From positions 1-64,000 of IMG/VR virus record IMGVR_UViG_3300017613_001944: a stretch of 64,000 nt of DNA; one strand, given 5' to 3'. The stretch comes from a virus. Below the pieces are notes generated by a model. It had not been told where the DNA came from, made no database searches, and saw only the letters and a program-made list of their open reading frames with translations. A program made the position numbers and the translations under genes. Below, piece after piece: positions 18,284-27,881 of this stretch; the first letter of the stretch is position 1; every line of letters starts with the position of its first letter.

Positions 18284-19684
18284 ATGACAGGAAACAGGAA
18301 GTATCTACAAACCGCAGCAGCAGCGACAGGAAATGGCAGTCCCTTTGAAGTGAGGGGTTATGCCACAACGGTGATACAGATCACCGGAACCTTTGTCGGA
18401 ACAGTCACATTTGAGAGCTCTCTTGACGGGGCTAACTGGGTTGCTGTCCAGGCTGTCAATCTCAATGATGGCACGGTTGGAACCACGGCAACCGCCCCTG
18501 GACTTTACAGGATTCCAACGGCAGCGCTAGCAGACATTCGCGCCAGGGTCTCCGCTTGGACCAGTGGCACTATCACTGCTCAGGCTCGTGGCGTCAAGCA
18601 GGGCGCAGGATTGAGCTTGGCTGACGTTGACATCGGCGATGTGGAAGATGTCATCATCACAGACATCGAGGGCTTTGATACCGTCAAGGGCCAAGCTACG
18701 ATGGCAGAGTCTCTCCCCGTAGTAGTCGCCAGCGACCAACCTGGGCTGTCTGTGGTAGGCGGTGGCACAGAGGCGGCTGCCCAGCGGGTCACAATAGCCA
18801 ACGATTCAACCGGCCTGGTAAGCGTAGACGATGGGGGAGGGGCGCTCACGGTAGACGGAACCGTGACGGCAAATCTTAGCGTAACGGACAACGCAGTCCT
18901 AGATCAGATAGAGCTTAATACTGATCCATTGCTGGTTGTGGGCGGCGGCACGGAAGCAACCGCGCAAAGAGTCACTATAGCCAACGATTCAACCGGCCTT
19001 GTAAGCGTAGACGATGGTGGTGGTTCTTTCACTGTAGATCAGGCCACTCACGACAACCTCAACGCAAATGCAAATCTCCAGGTAGCCGACGCTGATGTAG
19101 CTGCTGGCAACCCTGTATTCACAGACATGCGTGCCATCTCGGGGATTGCCCCGGTACTATTACTTCTCGATGGTGACAGGCATGGTCAGATGGACGTGCT
19201 CACTATTGCCGCCGGGGAAAACCACATAGGCCAGGTGGGCAGTACGGGGATATCAATCGCCCAGATACCCACCGTTACAGCAGGGGCTTACGCTGCCGAC
19301 GATAATGTCGGTGGGCTCTTGACCTTCGCCAATGCCGCCAGAGTTAGTGGTGGCGGTGGGGTCATCAAGACTGTGACTATCGTAGATGACGCCGAACAAG
19401 ATTCCCAACTGGAGTTGTGGCTCTTTAACCAGACCTTTACCCAGGGGGCTGACAACGCTGCTTGGACGGCGGTGGAGGCTGATCTCGAGAACGTGGTAGC
19501 TATCATCAGCACTACGGGGGGAGAGTACTTCTCGGGTAATGGAAACTCTGTTTGCACCATAGAATGCTCTCTAAGATTTGACCTGGACGCCACAAGCCTT
19601 TTCGGAAGACTGGTGACCAGAGACACACCCACCTACGCGGCAACAGATGATGTCACGGTGATAGTTGGACTACTCCAGGACTAA
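18284..19684 (+). CDS. Putative virion structural protein (head fibre/decoration-like) with internal repeat
   Basis: AGGAGG RBS; G/T/A/V/D-rich beta composition; between portal and capsid genes. Confidence 0.6.
   Translation: MTGNRKYLQTAAAATGNGSPFEVRGYATTVIQITGTFVGTVTFESSLDGANWVAVQAVNLNDGTVGTTATAPGLYRIPTAALADIRARVSAWTSGTITAQARGVKQGAGLSLADVDIGDVEDVIITDIEGFDTVKGQATMAESLPVVVASDQPGLSVVGGGTEAAAQRVTIANDSTGLVSVDDGGGALTVDGTVTANLSVTDNAVLDQIELNTDPLLVVGGGTEATAQRVTIANDSTGLVSVDDGGGSFTVDQATHDNLNANANLQVADADVAAGNPVFTDMRAISGIAPVLLLLDGDRHGQMDVLTIAAGENHIGQVGSTGISIAQIPTVTAGAYAADDNVGGLLTFANAARVSGGGGVIKTVTIVDDAEQDSQLELWLFNQTFTQGADNAAWTAVEADLENVVAIISTTGGEYFSGNGNSVCTIECSLRFDLDATSLFGRLVTRDTPTYAATDDVTVIVGLLQD
18752..19024 (+). 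repeat. In-frame duplication of a ~30-aa unit (VVGGGTEA.AQRVTIANDSTGLVSVDDGGG), 183 bp apart
   Basis: Copies start at 18752 and 18935; near-identical DNA core atagccaacgattcaaccggcct.gtaagcgtagacgatgg. Confidence 0.9.
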
Positions 19685-19690
19685 AAGCAT

Positions 19691-20395
19691 ATGTTATCAG
19701 GAATAGGCGCTTATCACGACGTAGTAAACACGGTACTGGCTACAGACCCCATAGCTTTCTGGCCGTTGTGGGAGGGGACTGGTGCAACAGCTGCCTGTCT
19801 CATCAACCCTGCTCAAAACGGCACTTACACAGGAGTGACTCTTGGAGATACTCTGACGCCGTGGGGAGAGCAAGCACCGTTCTGGGATGGAGCTACCGAC
19901 TTTTGTTCCATCCATTCGGCAACTCTTGAGACAGCATTTAACGATGATGAAGGATCTGCTGCGATATGGGCACAAGTGTTCAATGCCGGTGTATGGACTG
20001 ATGGTGTGACACGCAGGGCATTACAGATCCGAGACAGTGGCGCAAACCAACTGTTTTTCACTAAAGTGGTTGCGAATGATACACTCACGTTTTCATACAC
20101 GGCAAAAGACATCGCTAAGAACCCCATATCTACGACCTCTTGGATGTTTCTTGGTATGAGCTGGTCGCTATCTGCTAATGAAGTTAAGTACTTTTATAAC
20201 GGAGCTCAGGAAGGCGCTACGCAAATCTATGCTGGTGGATGGACAGGATCAACTCCGACACGTTGGAATATAGGCTGCTTTGATAACTCTATCCCCAACC
20301 TAATTTGGCACGGCTGGCTTGCCGGTGTTACTCTTTGGGACACGGTACAGGCAGAGGCCACGCTATTATCCATCTACAACACAGGGACACCCTAA
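19691..20395 (+). CDS. LamG/concanavalin A-like domain virion protein
   Basis: PIAFWPL.E, WMFLGMSW, YFYNG, WHGWLAGV.LW. Confidence 0.7.
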   Translation: MLSGIGAYHDVVNTVLATDPIAFWPLWEGTGATAACLINPAQNGTYTGVTLGDTLTPWGEQAPFWDGATDFCSIHSATLETAFNDDEGSAAIWAQVFNAGVWTDGVTRRALQIRDSGANQLFFTKVVANDTLTFSYTAKDIAKNPISTTSWMFLGMSWSLSANEVKYFYNGAQEGATQIYAGGWTGSTPTRWNIGCFDNSIPNLIWHGWLAGVTLWDTVQAEATLLSIYNTGTP

Positions 20396-20450
20396 TGAGA
20401 AGTGATCGCCCAGGGTTTTTGCCCATTAAAGAAAAAGATCAAGGAAATAA

Positions 20451-23400
20451 ATGGGACTTCTAACAGGAACAAGACGCGGATTAATAGGCGGAACAAGAAT
20501 AAGACCCTTCGACTTCGACCTGGATGCCACCACCTTCACCGCAGGGATGGCAAAGCGTACTGCGCCAGGCCCCTTCACCGCCGCCCCGATTGTGCAGGGG
20601 ACTTGGGCATCTGAGGTGACGACCAGGGACCAGCTTACCGGTCCCGTTGCAACAGCTGTCCATGATCTTTTTGAGGACACTGGCGACGCCTATCAAGGCA
20701 CTTTTGTTTTTTGGGTAACGCCAGAGTGGGACGGTGATGATGGAAAAGAGCACCGGTTAGTTGGGTTAGGCAATCATGCCTACGTTTTCAAGAGTACTGG
20801 TGGCTACCTTGTCTTTATGTTCAACGATGATGGAGCTTGGTCTAGTACGAGCGTTGATATTTCTGGCTGGTCGGCAGGTGCTACTTATAATGTGGTGGCC
20901 AGATGGGATGTCAAGAACACGCTAGATGGGACTAATTATGCCTGCATTTCCATCAATGATGTTCATTCTTTTGGATACACAACAGCAATAACTCCAGCCG
21001 ACATGGATAGGGTGCTGGTTGGGGATTACTCAAACAACAAGCCACCCAATGCCATCATCGAAGGACTCACCATCTACCGCCGCCCCCTCTTCGACGGCAC
21101 TTACGGCGTGGACGCCAACAGCGGAGTGGATGAGATCAACGCCATCTACGCGGCGGGTGCTGGCGCAGACCCGTGCTTGATAACGGGTTCGTGGGATGCG
21201 GTGTTCTGTCTGCCCACTGACAGCGCGGTAGGCGCGTTGGCGACGGGAACGGGTGAGGCGTGGAGCCACCCGCACAGTTCGGCGGTACTGAACCACTGGA
21301 TAGCGGAGGATGGCTATTACGGTGGTGGGCAGTGGGCGCTTATCGGTAACGCATCCAATACAGGGGTCAACTGCGGAAGCGCGGCGGCTTTGGATGATTT
21401 ACCACTGGCTGACTTTACCGTGGAAGGTTGGTTCCGCTGTGATGGGGGTGGAAGTGGTCACGACGGGGCGCTTGTATGGAAAAGCGGTGGATGGGACACT
21501 GACGGATTTTATCTTAATATCTACAATGGATATATCTCTGTAAGAATCAATTTTAACAATACTGATGTCGTGATGAACACTACCCCGACCTACAACGACA
21601 GTGCTTGGCATCACTGGGCGCTAGACTGGGATCAGGGAACTCTCACTGCCACACTATACGTGGATGGTAAAGAGGAGGCCACCGGCACGGCTGTCGGTGC
21701 GTATCAATCAGATGCAGCCGCAGAGTTCAGGATTGGAGTAGAGGGTGATTGGGGCAATCCGTTCAATGGCGCTATGGGTTGGGTGCGTCTTTCTGATGTT
21801 AGGCGCTACACAGCCGATTTCTTACCTTCCCGCGCATTTCCTGGTGCTGACGGTAACACTGTTGAGGCGTGGAATATAAACGACGGAACCGGCGCAACAG
21901 TGGTTGCACAAGTCACATCGCCGGGGAACGACGGAACCGCTGCCAATCCCGAGTGGGAGCAACAGTGGTGGCCCACCGGCACGCCGGTGATCGCGCCGTG
22001 CTTGAACTTGACAGCAGATTGGGCAAATGTGAATGGTGGATCAGGGGCCAATATTGACGATATGCCAACAGGTGATTTTACGGCAGAGCTTTACTTTTGC
22101 TATACAGATGCTGTTGCCTGGAATGTTATTGCTCAGAAGAAAACGGGGGGACTGGGCTGGTCCCTTAGTTTTGGCAGCAGTAATAAAACGCTCTTTACTA
22201 CTTTTGAATTTAATACAACAGATGCGGCTTCAGAAACAGTGGCTAATACAGTCCAACCTGGTAGATGGTATCACATCGCAGTCACTTTTGATGGCGGCAC
22301 AACCGATACGCCTATAATCTATGTGAACGGAATAAACAGATCGTCTTATTCGACTGCTGGTGTTGGTGTGTACCAAGCTGATGCTGCACAGAACTTTCTT
22401 GCCAGTAATGCAGCGACTAGAAATTTTAGATATGGCTGGCTTCGCCTCTCTGATTCAATTCGATACACTGATACCTTTGTTCCCAACAGCAGGGCCAACC
22501 CGCCAGGAAATGACGCCAATGCACAATTGCTTTGGAATATGGACGACGGAGAAGGCACAACCGTTACAGATACAAGTGGAAACGCTTATCACGGCTCTAT
22601 GTCGGCGGCAACTTCCGAGGGCTGGCTCAACACCCCCGACATGCCCACAGTCGCACCCGGCGCACGCGAATACCAGTGGGGCTACGCCATCGGCAGCGAC
22701 GGCGCTAACGACGGGGTGATCCAGAACTTGGCAGGACTGAGCGCGGGTGATGATTTCGTGGCTCGCATCCCCATTCGGTATGAGGATGTGAACGCGCAGC
22801 CGAGCATCCTTGTGTACGACGAGATTGGCGCGGCTAATATCACCAACTTCCTTGGACCCAAGCTCACAGGCGTTCACAGCGGTGGGAACAACAGCGCAAC
22901 TCTCATCGTCGCGACAGGCGCTTTCCCTCAGAGCCTAATAGGAGCTGCACTATACAACATCACCGATGGATCAAGCACTACCATCACCGCTGTGTCAGGA
23001 GACATGACGACGATCACAGGTGTGTTGTCTGGCGGCACCGACGACGATTGGGACACGAACGATGTGTTTATGATCGTCCCTGATCCGACGTGGGTGTGGT
23101 GCGAGACGTTCACCTGGGAGCTTCCGGCAGGCTGTACGGAGATGAGCGTGCATCTGCGTAACGCGGCGGGGTTGGGCGTGCTGTACTGGAACCAGGCGGA
23201 GGTTCAGGAGAATCTTGTCACTAATCCGTCAATGGAAGATCAGCGGTTGTGGGACATTGATCTTGAAACAGCAGACTTTTCCCAGTTCGACGCCACCACG
23301 GATGTGGACGGAGATATGACAGTGGGAGGCGCTGGCGCATTAGCCGGTTCTTCTAACGGCATCTCGTTCCTTGTTGATGATGCTAACGTCATGTATGCTG

Positions 23401-24782
23401 ACAAGAACCAGACTAACCCAGCGTCTGACGAGTTTAGGCTCCGCTTTTTTGTTGACCCTAACGGGTATACGCAAAACGACACTCAGGAAACAAGGTTGGC
23501 GCAGTGGCTGGATACCGGGGCTGGACTTTACACATGCATTATCGCTCTTAGGGATGATGCAGGAGCGCCGTCCTTCAAGATGCACTATTGCGATGACGCC
23601 GGTTACGGAGGCGGTGACGTTTCGGCAGAAATCACGGATGATCCACACTATGTAGAGTTCCACGTTGTTAGAGCGACAGGCGCTGTCGCCGCTGATGGGA
23701 CGGTACAGTGGTGGATTGATGGAGTGGACCAGGGGACAGTCACAGGTATAGACAACTGGGACCTGTTCGCAAACATGGACGTAGTTCGTGTGGGGGCAGA
23801 AGCAGTTGGGACTGGCGGATCAGGTACGATCTTTATTGACGAGATCACGGCTAACGACACAGGAGAAGAAATTGGACCTACGTACATTCCGATGGGGTGG
23901 AGTAATTCAGGTCTTGGTGCAGGGGATTCGGTTCAAGATAATGCAGAGCCGCATTCTGACTCGTCTTGCGTGGAATTTGTTACCGCACCGAACGCTTCTG
24001 CACTTTATTACAGCGTTAGTTTTGCTCCGGCTCCGGCGTTCGTTGGCATAGGTGGGTGGGCGCGTGAAACCGCAGGCAATATTATGTTGCGCGATGCTAG
24101 TCAACGAGCGATTCAAAACACACTCAGCACTAGAGCAGAGCTTGAAGCCTCTGGCGATGTGTGGCAACACCTTACTGGTGTTGTGAGACAAGATAGTGGC
24201 GGTGGCTGGTTTGCTTTGCGTAGTCATGAAGCCAGCTCCAGTGGTCGTTTTGATGACGTTTATGGTTTCCGTCTCGACGACGTATCCCTCACCGTCACCC
24301 CCGCGTCGGAGGCGAACAGCCTGGAAAGCGGCGGGATTCGGGTGGATGGAACGGATGACTTAGCTCAGCCCCTTTTAGGAATGACGCCAACGCGATTCCG
24401 CATTCGCTGGCGTTGTATTCCAAGGCACGGCGCAGGCGATTTTGAAAAGTTCGGCGGTGATGTATGGATGTATGCTTGGCAGGGTGTGGGCGGCGAATAT
24501 CTCTATGTGGATTGTGTGTCTGACACAACCATTAGGCTCGGTTTTGACGATGGCGGGGGTTTTCACGGCGCAAACTGGGACGCAACGGGAGTTATTGCAG
24601 CCGATACGGAATACCTGTTTGAGATTAGAACTGTTCCTACTCGAATGCAGCTTCTTGTTGATGGTGTTGTAAGGTCTACAATAAATACACCGATAAACTT
24701 TGGTGACTTTCCCGCCAATATCCATTGGGGTGTGGATGCTTGGTCGCTGGGTCAAATTGACGCCGTATTCCTTGAGCCATAG
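20451..24782 (+). CDS. Large multi-LamG (lectin-like) virion protein, 1443 aa
   Basis: Repeated FTVEGW/WHHWA/LYVDG/FNGAMGWVRLSD and FTAELY/WYHIAVT/IYVNG/WLRLSD units. Confidence 0.75.
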   Translation: MGLLTGTRRGLIGGTRIRPFDFDLDATTFTAGMAKRTAPGPFTAAPIVQGTWASEVTTRDQLTGPVATAVHDLFEDTGDAYQGTFVFWVTPEWDGDDGKEHRLVGLGNHAYVFKSTGGYLVFMFNDDGAWSSTSVDISGWSAGATYNVVARWDVKNTLDGTNYACISINDVHSFGYTTAITPADMDRVLVGDYSNNKPPNAIIEGLTIYRRPLFDGTYGVDANSGVDEINAIYAAGAGADPCLITGSWDAVFCLPTDSAVGALATGTGEAWSHPHSSAVLNHWIAEDGYYGGGQWALIGNASNTGVNCGSAAALDDLPLADFTVEGWFRCDGGGSGHDGALVWKSGGWDTDGFYLNIYNGYISVRINFNNTDVVMNTTPTYNDSAWHHWALDWDQGTLTATLYVDGKEEATGTAVGAYQSDAAAEFRIGVEGDWGNPFNGAMGWVRLSDVRRYTADFLPSRAFPGADGNTVEAWNINDGTGATVVAQVTSPGNDGTAANPEWEQQWWPTGTPVIAPCLNLTADWANVNGGSGANIDDMPTGDFTAELYFCYTDAVAWNVIAQKKTGGLGWSLSFGSSNKTLFTTFEFNTTDAASETVANTVQPGRWYHIAVTFDGGTTDTPIIYVNGINRSSYSTAGVGVYQADAAQNFLASNAATRNFRYGWLRLSDSIRYTDTFVPNSRANPPGNDANAQLLWNMDDGEGTTVTDTSGNAYHGSMSAATSEGWLNTPDMPTVAPGAREYQWGYAIGSDGANDGVIQNLAGLSAGDDFVARIPIRYEDVNAQPSILVYDEIGAANITNFLGPKLTGVHSGGNNSATLIVATGAFPQSLIGAALYNITDGSSTTITAVSGDMTTITGVLSGGTDDDWDTNDVFMIVPDPTWVWCETFTWELPAGCTEMSVHLRNAAGLGVLYWNQAEVQENLVTNPSMEDQRLWDIDLETADFSQFDATTDVDGDMTVGGAGALAGSSNGISFLVDDANVMYADKNQTNPASDEFRLRFFVDPNGYTQNDTQETRLAQWLDTGAGLYTCIIALRDDAGAPSFKMHYCDDAGYGGGDVSAEITDDPHYVEFHVVRATGAVAADGTVQWWIDGVDQGTVTGIDNWDLFANMDVVRVGAEAVGTGGSGTIFIDEITANDTGEEIGPTYIPMGWSNSGLGAGDSVQDNAEPHSDSSCVEFVTAPNASALYYSVSFAPAPAFVGIGGWARETAGNIMLRDASQRAIQNTLSTRAELEASGDVWQHLTGVVRQDSGGGWFALRSHEASSSGRFDDVYGFRLDDVSLTVTPASEANSLESGGIRVDGTDDLAQPLLGMTPTRFRIRWRCIPRHGAGDFEKFGGDVWMYAWQGVGGEYLYVDCVSDTTIRLGFDDGGGFHGANWDATGVIAADTEYLFEIRTVPTRMQLLVDGVVRSTINTPINFGDFPANIHWGVDAWSLGQIDAVFLEP

Positions 24783-24862
24783 GAGAGTATGAGTGAGTGG
24801 ATCGTGCGGTATTTTATCTAGTAGAGGAAAAGACTTTTCTGATAATTTTCAGGAGGGACAAA

Positions 24863-25273
24863 ATGACAGAGTATGATTTCAGATATCAGTTGGAGGCTCT
24901 CGAGGCCAAGAACGATGGGACTGGAGTAATCAAGCATCAAACTGCTGCGGTGTCCAGACCATCCGACGCTTTGCCAGAGGATGGTTGGAGTGTGATTGGC
25001 GGAAGACGCAAAGAGATTCAGATCCATCACGTTGACTTGGCTGTGGTTAATGCCATGGACCCCGGCGCTGCGCGGAACCAGGCTTACAAGGCGTTGCTGG
25101 TGTCAAGTCTTAACTCAACCTTTGAGCCGGTGCTTGGGTGGGATGGGGATTCTTTGGCGCTCTTCATGGCAGAGAATGATGCTGCTATGTCGGTGTGTGA
25201 GGATGCTGTGGCATACCTGGCTACCATCGGGGCTTTCAATTTCCCAGAAAATCCTATTCCCTTTAACGTGTAG
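24863..25273 (+). CDS. Hypothetical protein
   Basis: AGGAGG RBS before ATG 24863. Confidence 0.65.
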   Translation: MTEYDFRYQLEALEAKNDGTGVIKHQTAAVSRPSDALPEDGWSVIGGRRKEIQIHHVDLAVVNAMDPGAARNQAYKALLVSSLNSTFEPVLGWDGDSLALFMAENDAAMSVCEDAVAYLATIGAFNFPENPIPFNV

Positions 25274-25282
25274 GAGGTCGGT

Positions 25283-25651
25283 ATGATTGTGCCAGATGCG
25301 TATTCTCTTAAAATGATTATCAATATCCTTGCTGATGGGCGTACTGTCTCGTCACCAGGTCCCAGGGCGGCGGAGACAGGTACTTTAACGGAGGGGTATG
25401 GCGGCTTACCGTTCCTGGTGAGCCCCGGCTCAACCACGCCTGTTGGCCTTGGCACGATCACTAGACCAAAGTTTGTCGGGGTGTGGGGGGATGAGGGGAT
25501 TAGCTTCAAAACCTCTGGCAGCGGAGATGAGATCAGCGCCAACCCCTTCGCCTTCATCGCGAATATCAGTGATGGTATGGATGTCGTCAGTCTTCAGATT
25601 GTTAACGCAGATACAGTCTCTCATAACGTGATAGTTATGGCGGCAGAGTAA
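25283..25651 (+). CDS. Hypothetical (probably structural) protein
   Basis: AGGAGG RBS; beta-rich. Confidence 0.65.
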   Translation: MIVPDAYSLKMIINILADGRTVSSPGPRAAETGTLTEGYGGLPFLVSPGSTTPVGLGTITRPKFVGVWGDEGISFKTSGSGDEISANPFAFIANISDGMDVVSLQIVNADTVSHNVIVMAAE

Positions 25652-25884
25652 TGACTAAAAGAAAGACCACTAAGAAAAAGAAGTGGATCGGCAAGGCTTC
25701 CAAGAGTATCAAGAAGAGGGGTACTGCTGGCAGCTTTACCGCATATTGAAAGAGGGTGGGATATGGTGGCGTGACCACCGCCTGTATCGCCCAAGGTCTC
25801 AGGAGTAAAAATCCGTCTATCCGTAAAAAGGCACAATTCGCCAAGGCAAGTAGGACTATAGCGCGGAGGAAAAAGAAGAAATGA
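25651..25884 (+). CDS. Small Lys/Arg-rich protein with in-frame TGA at codon 33 (candidate selenoprotein; alternatively a pseudogene)
   Basis: MTKRKTTKKKKWIGKASKSIKKRGTAGSFTAY[TGA]KRVGYGGVTTACIAQGLRSKNPSIRKKAQFAKASRTIARRKKKK; TAATG and ATGA coupling at both ends. Confidence 0.65.
25754..25792 (+). promoter_or_regulatory. SECIS-like stem-loop downstream of in-frame TGA (25747-25749)
   Basis: Upper stem GGTGG/CCACC with CGTGA loop 20 nt after TGA; lower stem GGGT..GATAT/GTATCGCCC. Confidence 0.5.
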
Positions 25885-26276
25885 TTCCGGTTATTAAGAC
25901 TAAAGAGGATATCCTGACTGTGATGCGGCAGAACCGGCGATGGCGTCGGCGTCAGCGCATCTTTGCACTGCGACAGTGTGTGAAAACCCTGGGGCTCCTG
26001 CGCCAAAAGCTGGAGATAGATGCCAACGAAGGCTTTAGCATCCGTAGGCCATTACTCCTTATGTTGAAGAGGGAGGAAAAGATCTGGCAGGAACGGGGCG
26101 GCGAATGGCCTTTAAAGAAAGGGAAAAAACTGCCAGCAGAGAAGAAAGTAATAACAACGGGTCCCGCTAGGAAAATGGCTAAAGAGCATGATGTACCACT
26201 AGCCATACTTGAAGGGACAGGAAAGAATGGAAAGATCACCGTGAAGGATGTAAGGGAATATGTCCAAGCCCAGTAG
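25881..26276 (+). CDS. Basic protein with C-terminal E3-binding (peripheral subunit-binding) domain
   Basis: TTGPARKMAKEHDVPLAILEGTGKNGKITVKDVREYV matches PSBD consensus. Confidence 0.8.
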   Translation: MIPVIKTKEDILTVMRQNRRWRRRQRIFALRQCVKTLGLLRQKLEIDANEGFSIRRPLLLMLKREEKIWQERGGEWPLKKGKKLPAEKKVITTGPARKMAKEHDVPLAILEGTGKNGKITVKDVREYVQAQ

Positions 26277-26613
26277 TGTCAAGATAGTACAGGGTGACAC
26301 GGTTTATGATACCGTACATGCTGCGTGGCTGTCCAATGGTCAGCCATCTCAGTTTGAGCGTTACGGAGAGTTTGGTGGAGCTCTATACAGGGTGCTAGAC
26401 ACCACAGAAACGTATCCAGATTTCTACCAGTTCGGTTCACTGGGGCCAACAGTGTTCAGTGAGGACAGCGCCAGTGAAAGGCCAACCGAAAGAGGTTGGC
26501 ATATCCTCAATAGACGTTATCACTACTTGAAGGCGAAGTGGAAGTTCAATGGGAGGGTCAAGATAACCGCCCCCGAACTTCCGAATGAGTTGAGTCCAGA
26601 TGAAACAGCGTAG
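26260..26613 (+). CDS. Hypothetical protein
   Basis: Overlap-coupled ORF. Confidence 0.6.
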   Translation: MSKPSSVKIVQGDTVYDTVHAAWLSNGQPSQFERYGEFGGALYRVLDTTETYPDFYQFGSLGPTVFSEDSASERPTERGWHILNRRYHYLKAKWKFNGRVKITAPELPNELSPDETA

Positions 26614-26908
26614 TGATACTCTCAGGTTCAACAGCGAAGGCCAGGTAGTTCTTGGTGATATAAGAAAACCTGGACATGACTATCTGTGTGATATGTGCGC
26701 CGAGTTATTTGAGGTGAGATACAGCCAGGACAAGAAACCTATTGCCGTGACCTGTCCCATCTGCGGTTCTGGACGCACAAACAAGGTGTTGAATATGCCA
26801 GCCACCAGCATTTGGTGGAAAGATGCTATGTCTAGCAGTGATGTGGGGGACTTGACTCCCAGAATGAGACGTGCATCAAAGAACAGGCATATTCAAAGAG
26901 ATGAGTAG
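26600..26908 (+). CDS. FmdB-like zinc-ribbon protein
   Basis: DYLCDMCAELFEV...TCPICGS...KVLNMP. Confidence 0.7.
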   Translation: MKQRSDTLRFNSEGQVVLGDIRKPGHDYLCDMCAELFEVRYSQDKKPIAVTCPICGSGRTNKVLNMPATSIWWKDAMSSSDVGDLTPRMRRASKNRHIQRDE

Positions 26909-26917
26909 GAGGGTTGT

Positions 26918-27301
26918 ATGGCAACTACTACCAGTTTTCTACAGTCTCGAGCCGTAAGAGAAGCGACGTTTACACTTGTCTTTGGTGATATAGCTGCTGC
27001 CAGGATGTTTACTCTCCCGGCGGGAGCGCGGATCATCCACTGGATTGTAAATGTCAAAACAGCCTTTAGTGGCGGTACAACTACCATAGATGTTGGTACT
27101 ACCAGTGCCAGCAGCAATGAGATTATCGACGGTGAGTCGGTAGCCGCAGTAGGAAATATTGACATTGGGGTTCATCTTCTTTTACCGGGTCACGAGACGA
27201 CGGCGGTTACCGATATCTATGCGGTAGTCGGCGCTTCAAACTCAGCGGGTGAGGTTGATGTAAGCTGCGTGTTCTCACTAGAAGTAGACACGCCGAGATA
27301 A
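26918..27301 (+). CDS. Putative head decoration/minor capsid protein
   Basis: LPAGARII..V.V.TAF.G.....DVG beta-sandwich pattern; GGAGG RBS. Confidence 0.6.
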   Translation: MATTTSFLQSRAVREATFTLVFGDIAAARMFTLPAGARIIHWIVNVKTAFSGGTTTIDVGTTSASSNEIIDGESVAAVGNIDIGVHLLLPGHETTAVTDIYAVVGASNSAGEVDVSCVFSLEVDTPR

Positions 27302-27314
27302 GGGAGGAATAAGT

Positions 27315-27881
27315 ATGGCTGATGCGATTTTTGCACGCAAAGAGAGGGCCACTGATACCACATACGTGACCTTCAAACAAGTCCATTCCTACCGTGATGT
27401 CCTGGAAGGCGACGCCTCCAGTGATGTCGATACCGGCAAGTCCCCAGTTACTCGCTGGCTCACGTATGTCTTTGACTACGCTGACCTCGCCAGCAATACT
27501 GGCGGAACTGCTGTTGTAACCAACTGTCTGGTTCCACGCGGATCTCTGATCGTAGACTGCTTCTTGCGTCTCGATGAGGCATTCGATGGCGACGGTGCGG
27601 ATACAGTCGATATCGGTGACTCCAATGTCGCTGACGGATATGCGGTGGACTTGGACCTAACCACAGCTCCAGGTACTACGGCTCTGTGGTTCCGAGATGC
27701 GAATGCCGTTTACATTAACAAGGCAAGCGACATTTCGGCGGGGGCCACTGGCGCTCAGTACTACAGAGAGGGTGGCGCAGTAATTGTCGCCATCGGAGAA
27801 ACAGTACCTACTCAGGGTAAAGCCATCGTGTTCTTGGTATCACCAAGCTACAACGAGCCGCTTAACTCAGAGTGGACCTAG
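27315..27881 (+). CDS. Putative head decoration protein, distantly related to 26918-27301
   Basis: VPRGSLIV....L.EAFDG....VDIGD pattern. Confidence 0.55.
   Translation: MADAIFARKERATDTTYVTFKQVHSYRDVLEGDASSDVDTGKSPVTRWLTYVFDYADLASNTGGTAVVTNCLVPRGSLIVDCFLRLDEAFDGDGADTVDIGDSNVADGYAVDLDLTTAPGTTALWFRDANAVYINKASDISAGATGAQYYREGGAVIVAIGETVPTQGKAIVFLVSPSYNEPLNSEWT

Noticed and set aside
18752-19024. Repeat pair as DGR template/variable repeats
   Set aside because: Both copies are in-frame in one gene, differences are mostly synonymous and not adenine-specific, and no reverse transcriptase is in the window
25635-26006. Minus-strand ORFs covering the 25651-25884 gap
   Set aside because: Antisense to a continuous + strand operon; the Phe/Leu runs mirror Lys codons of the + strand gene
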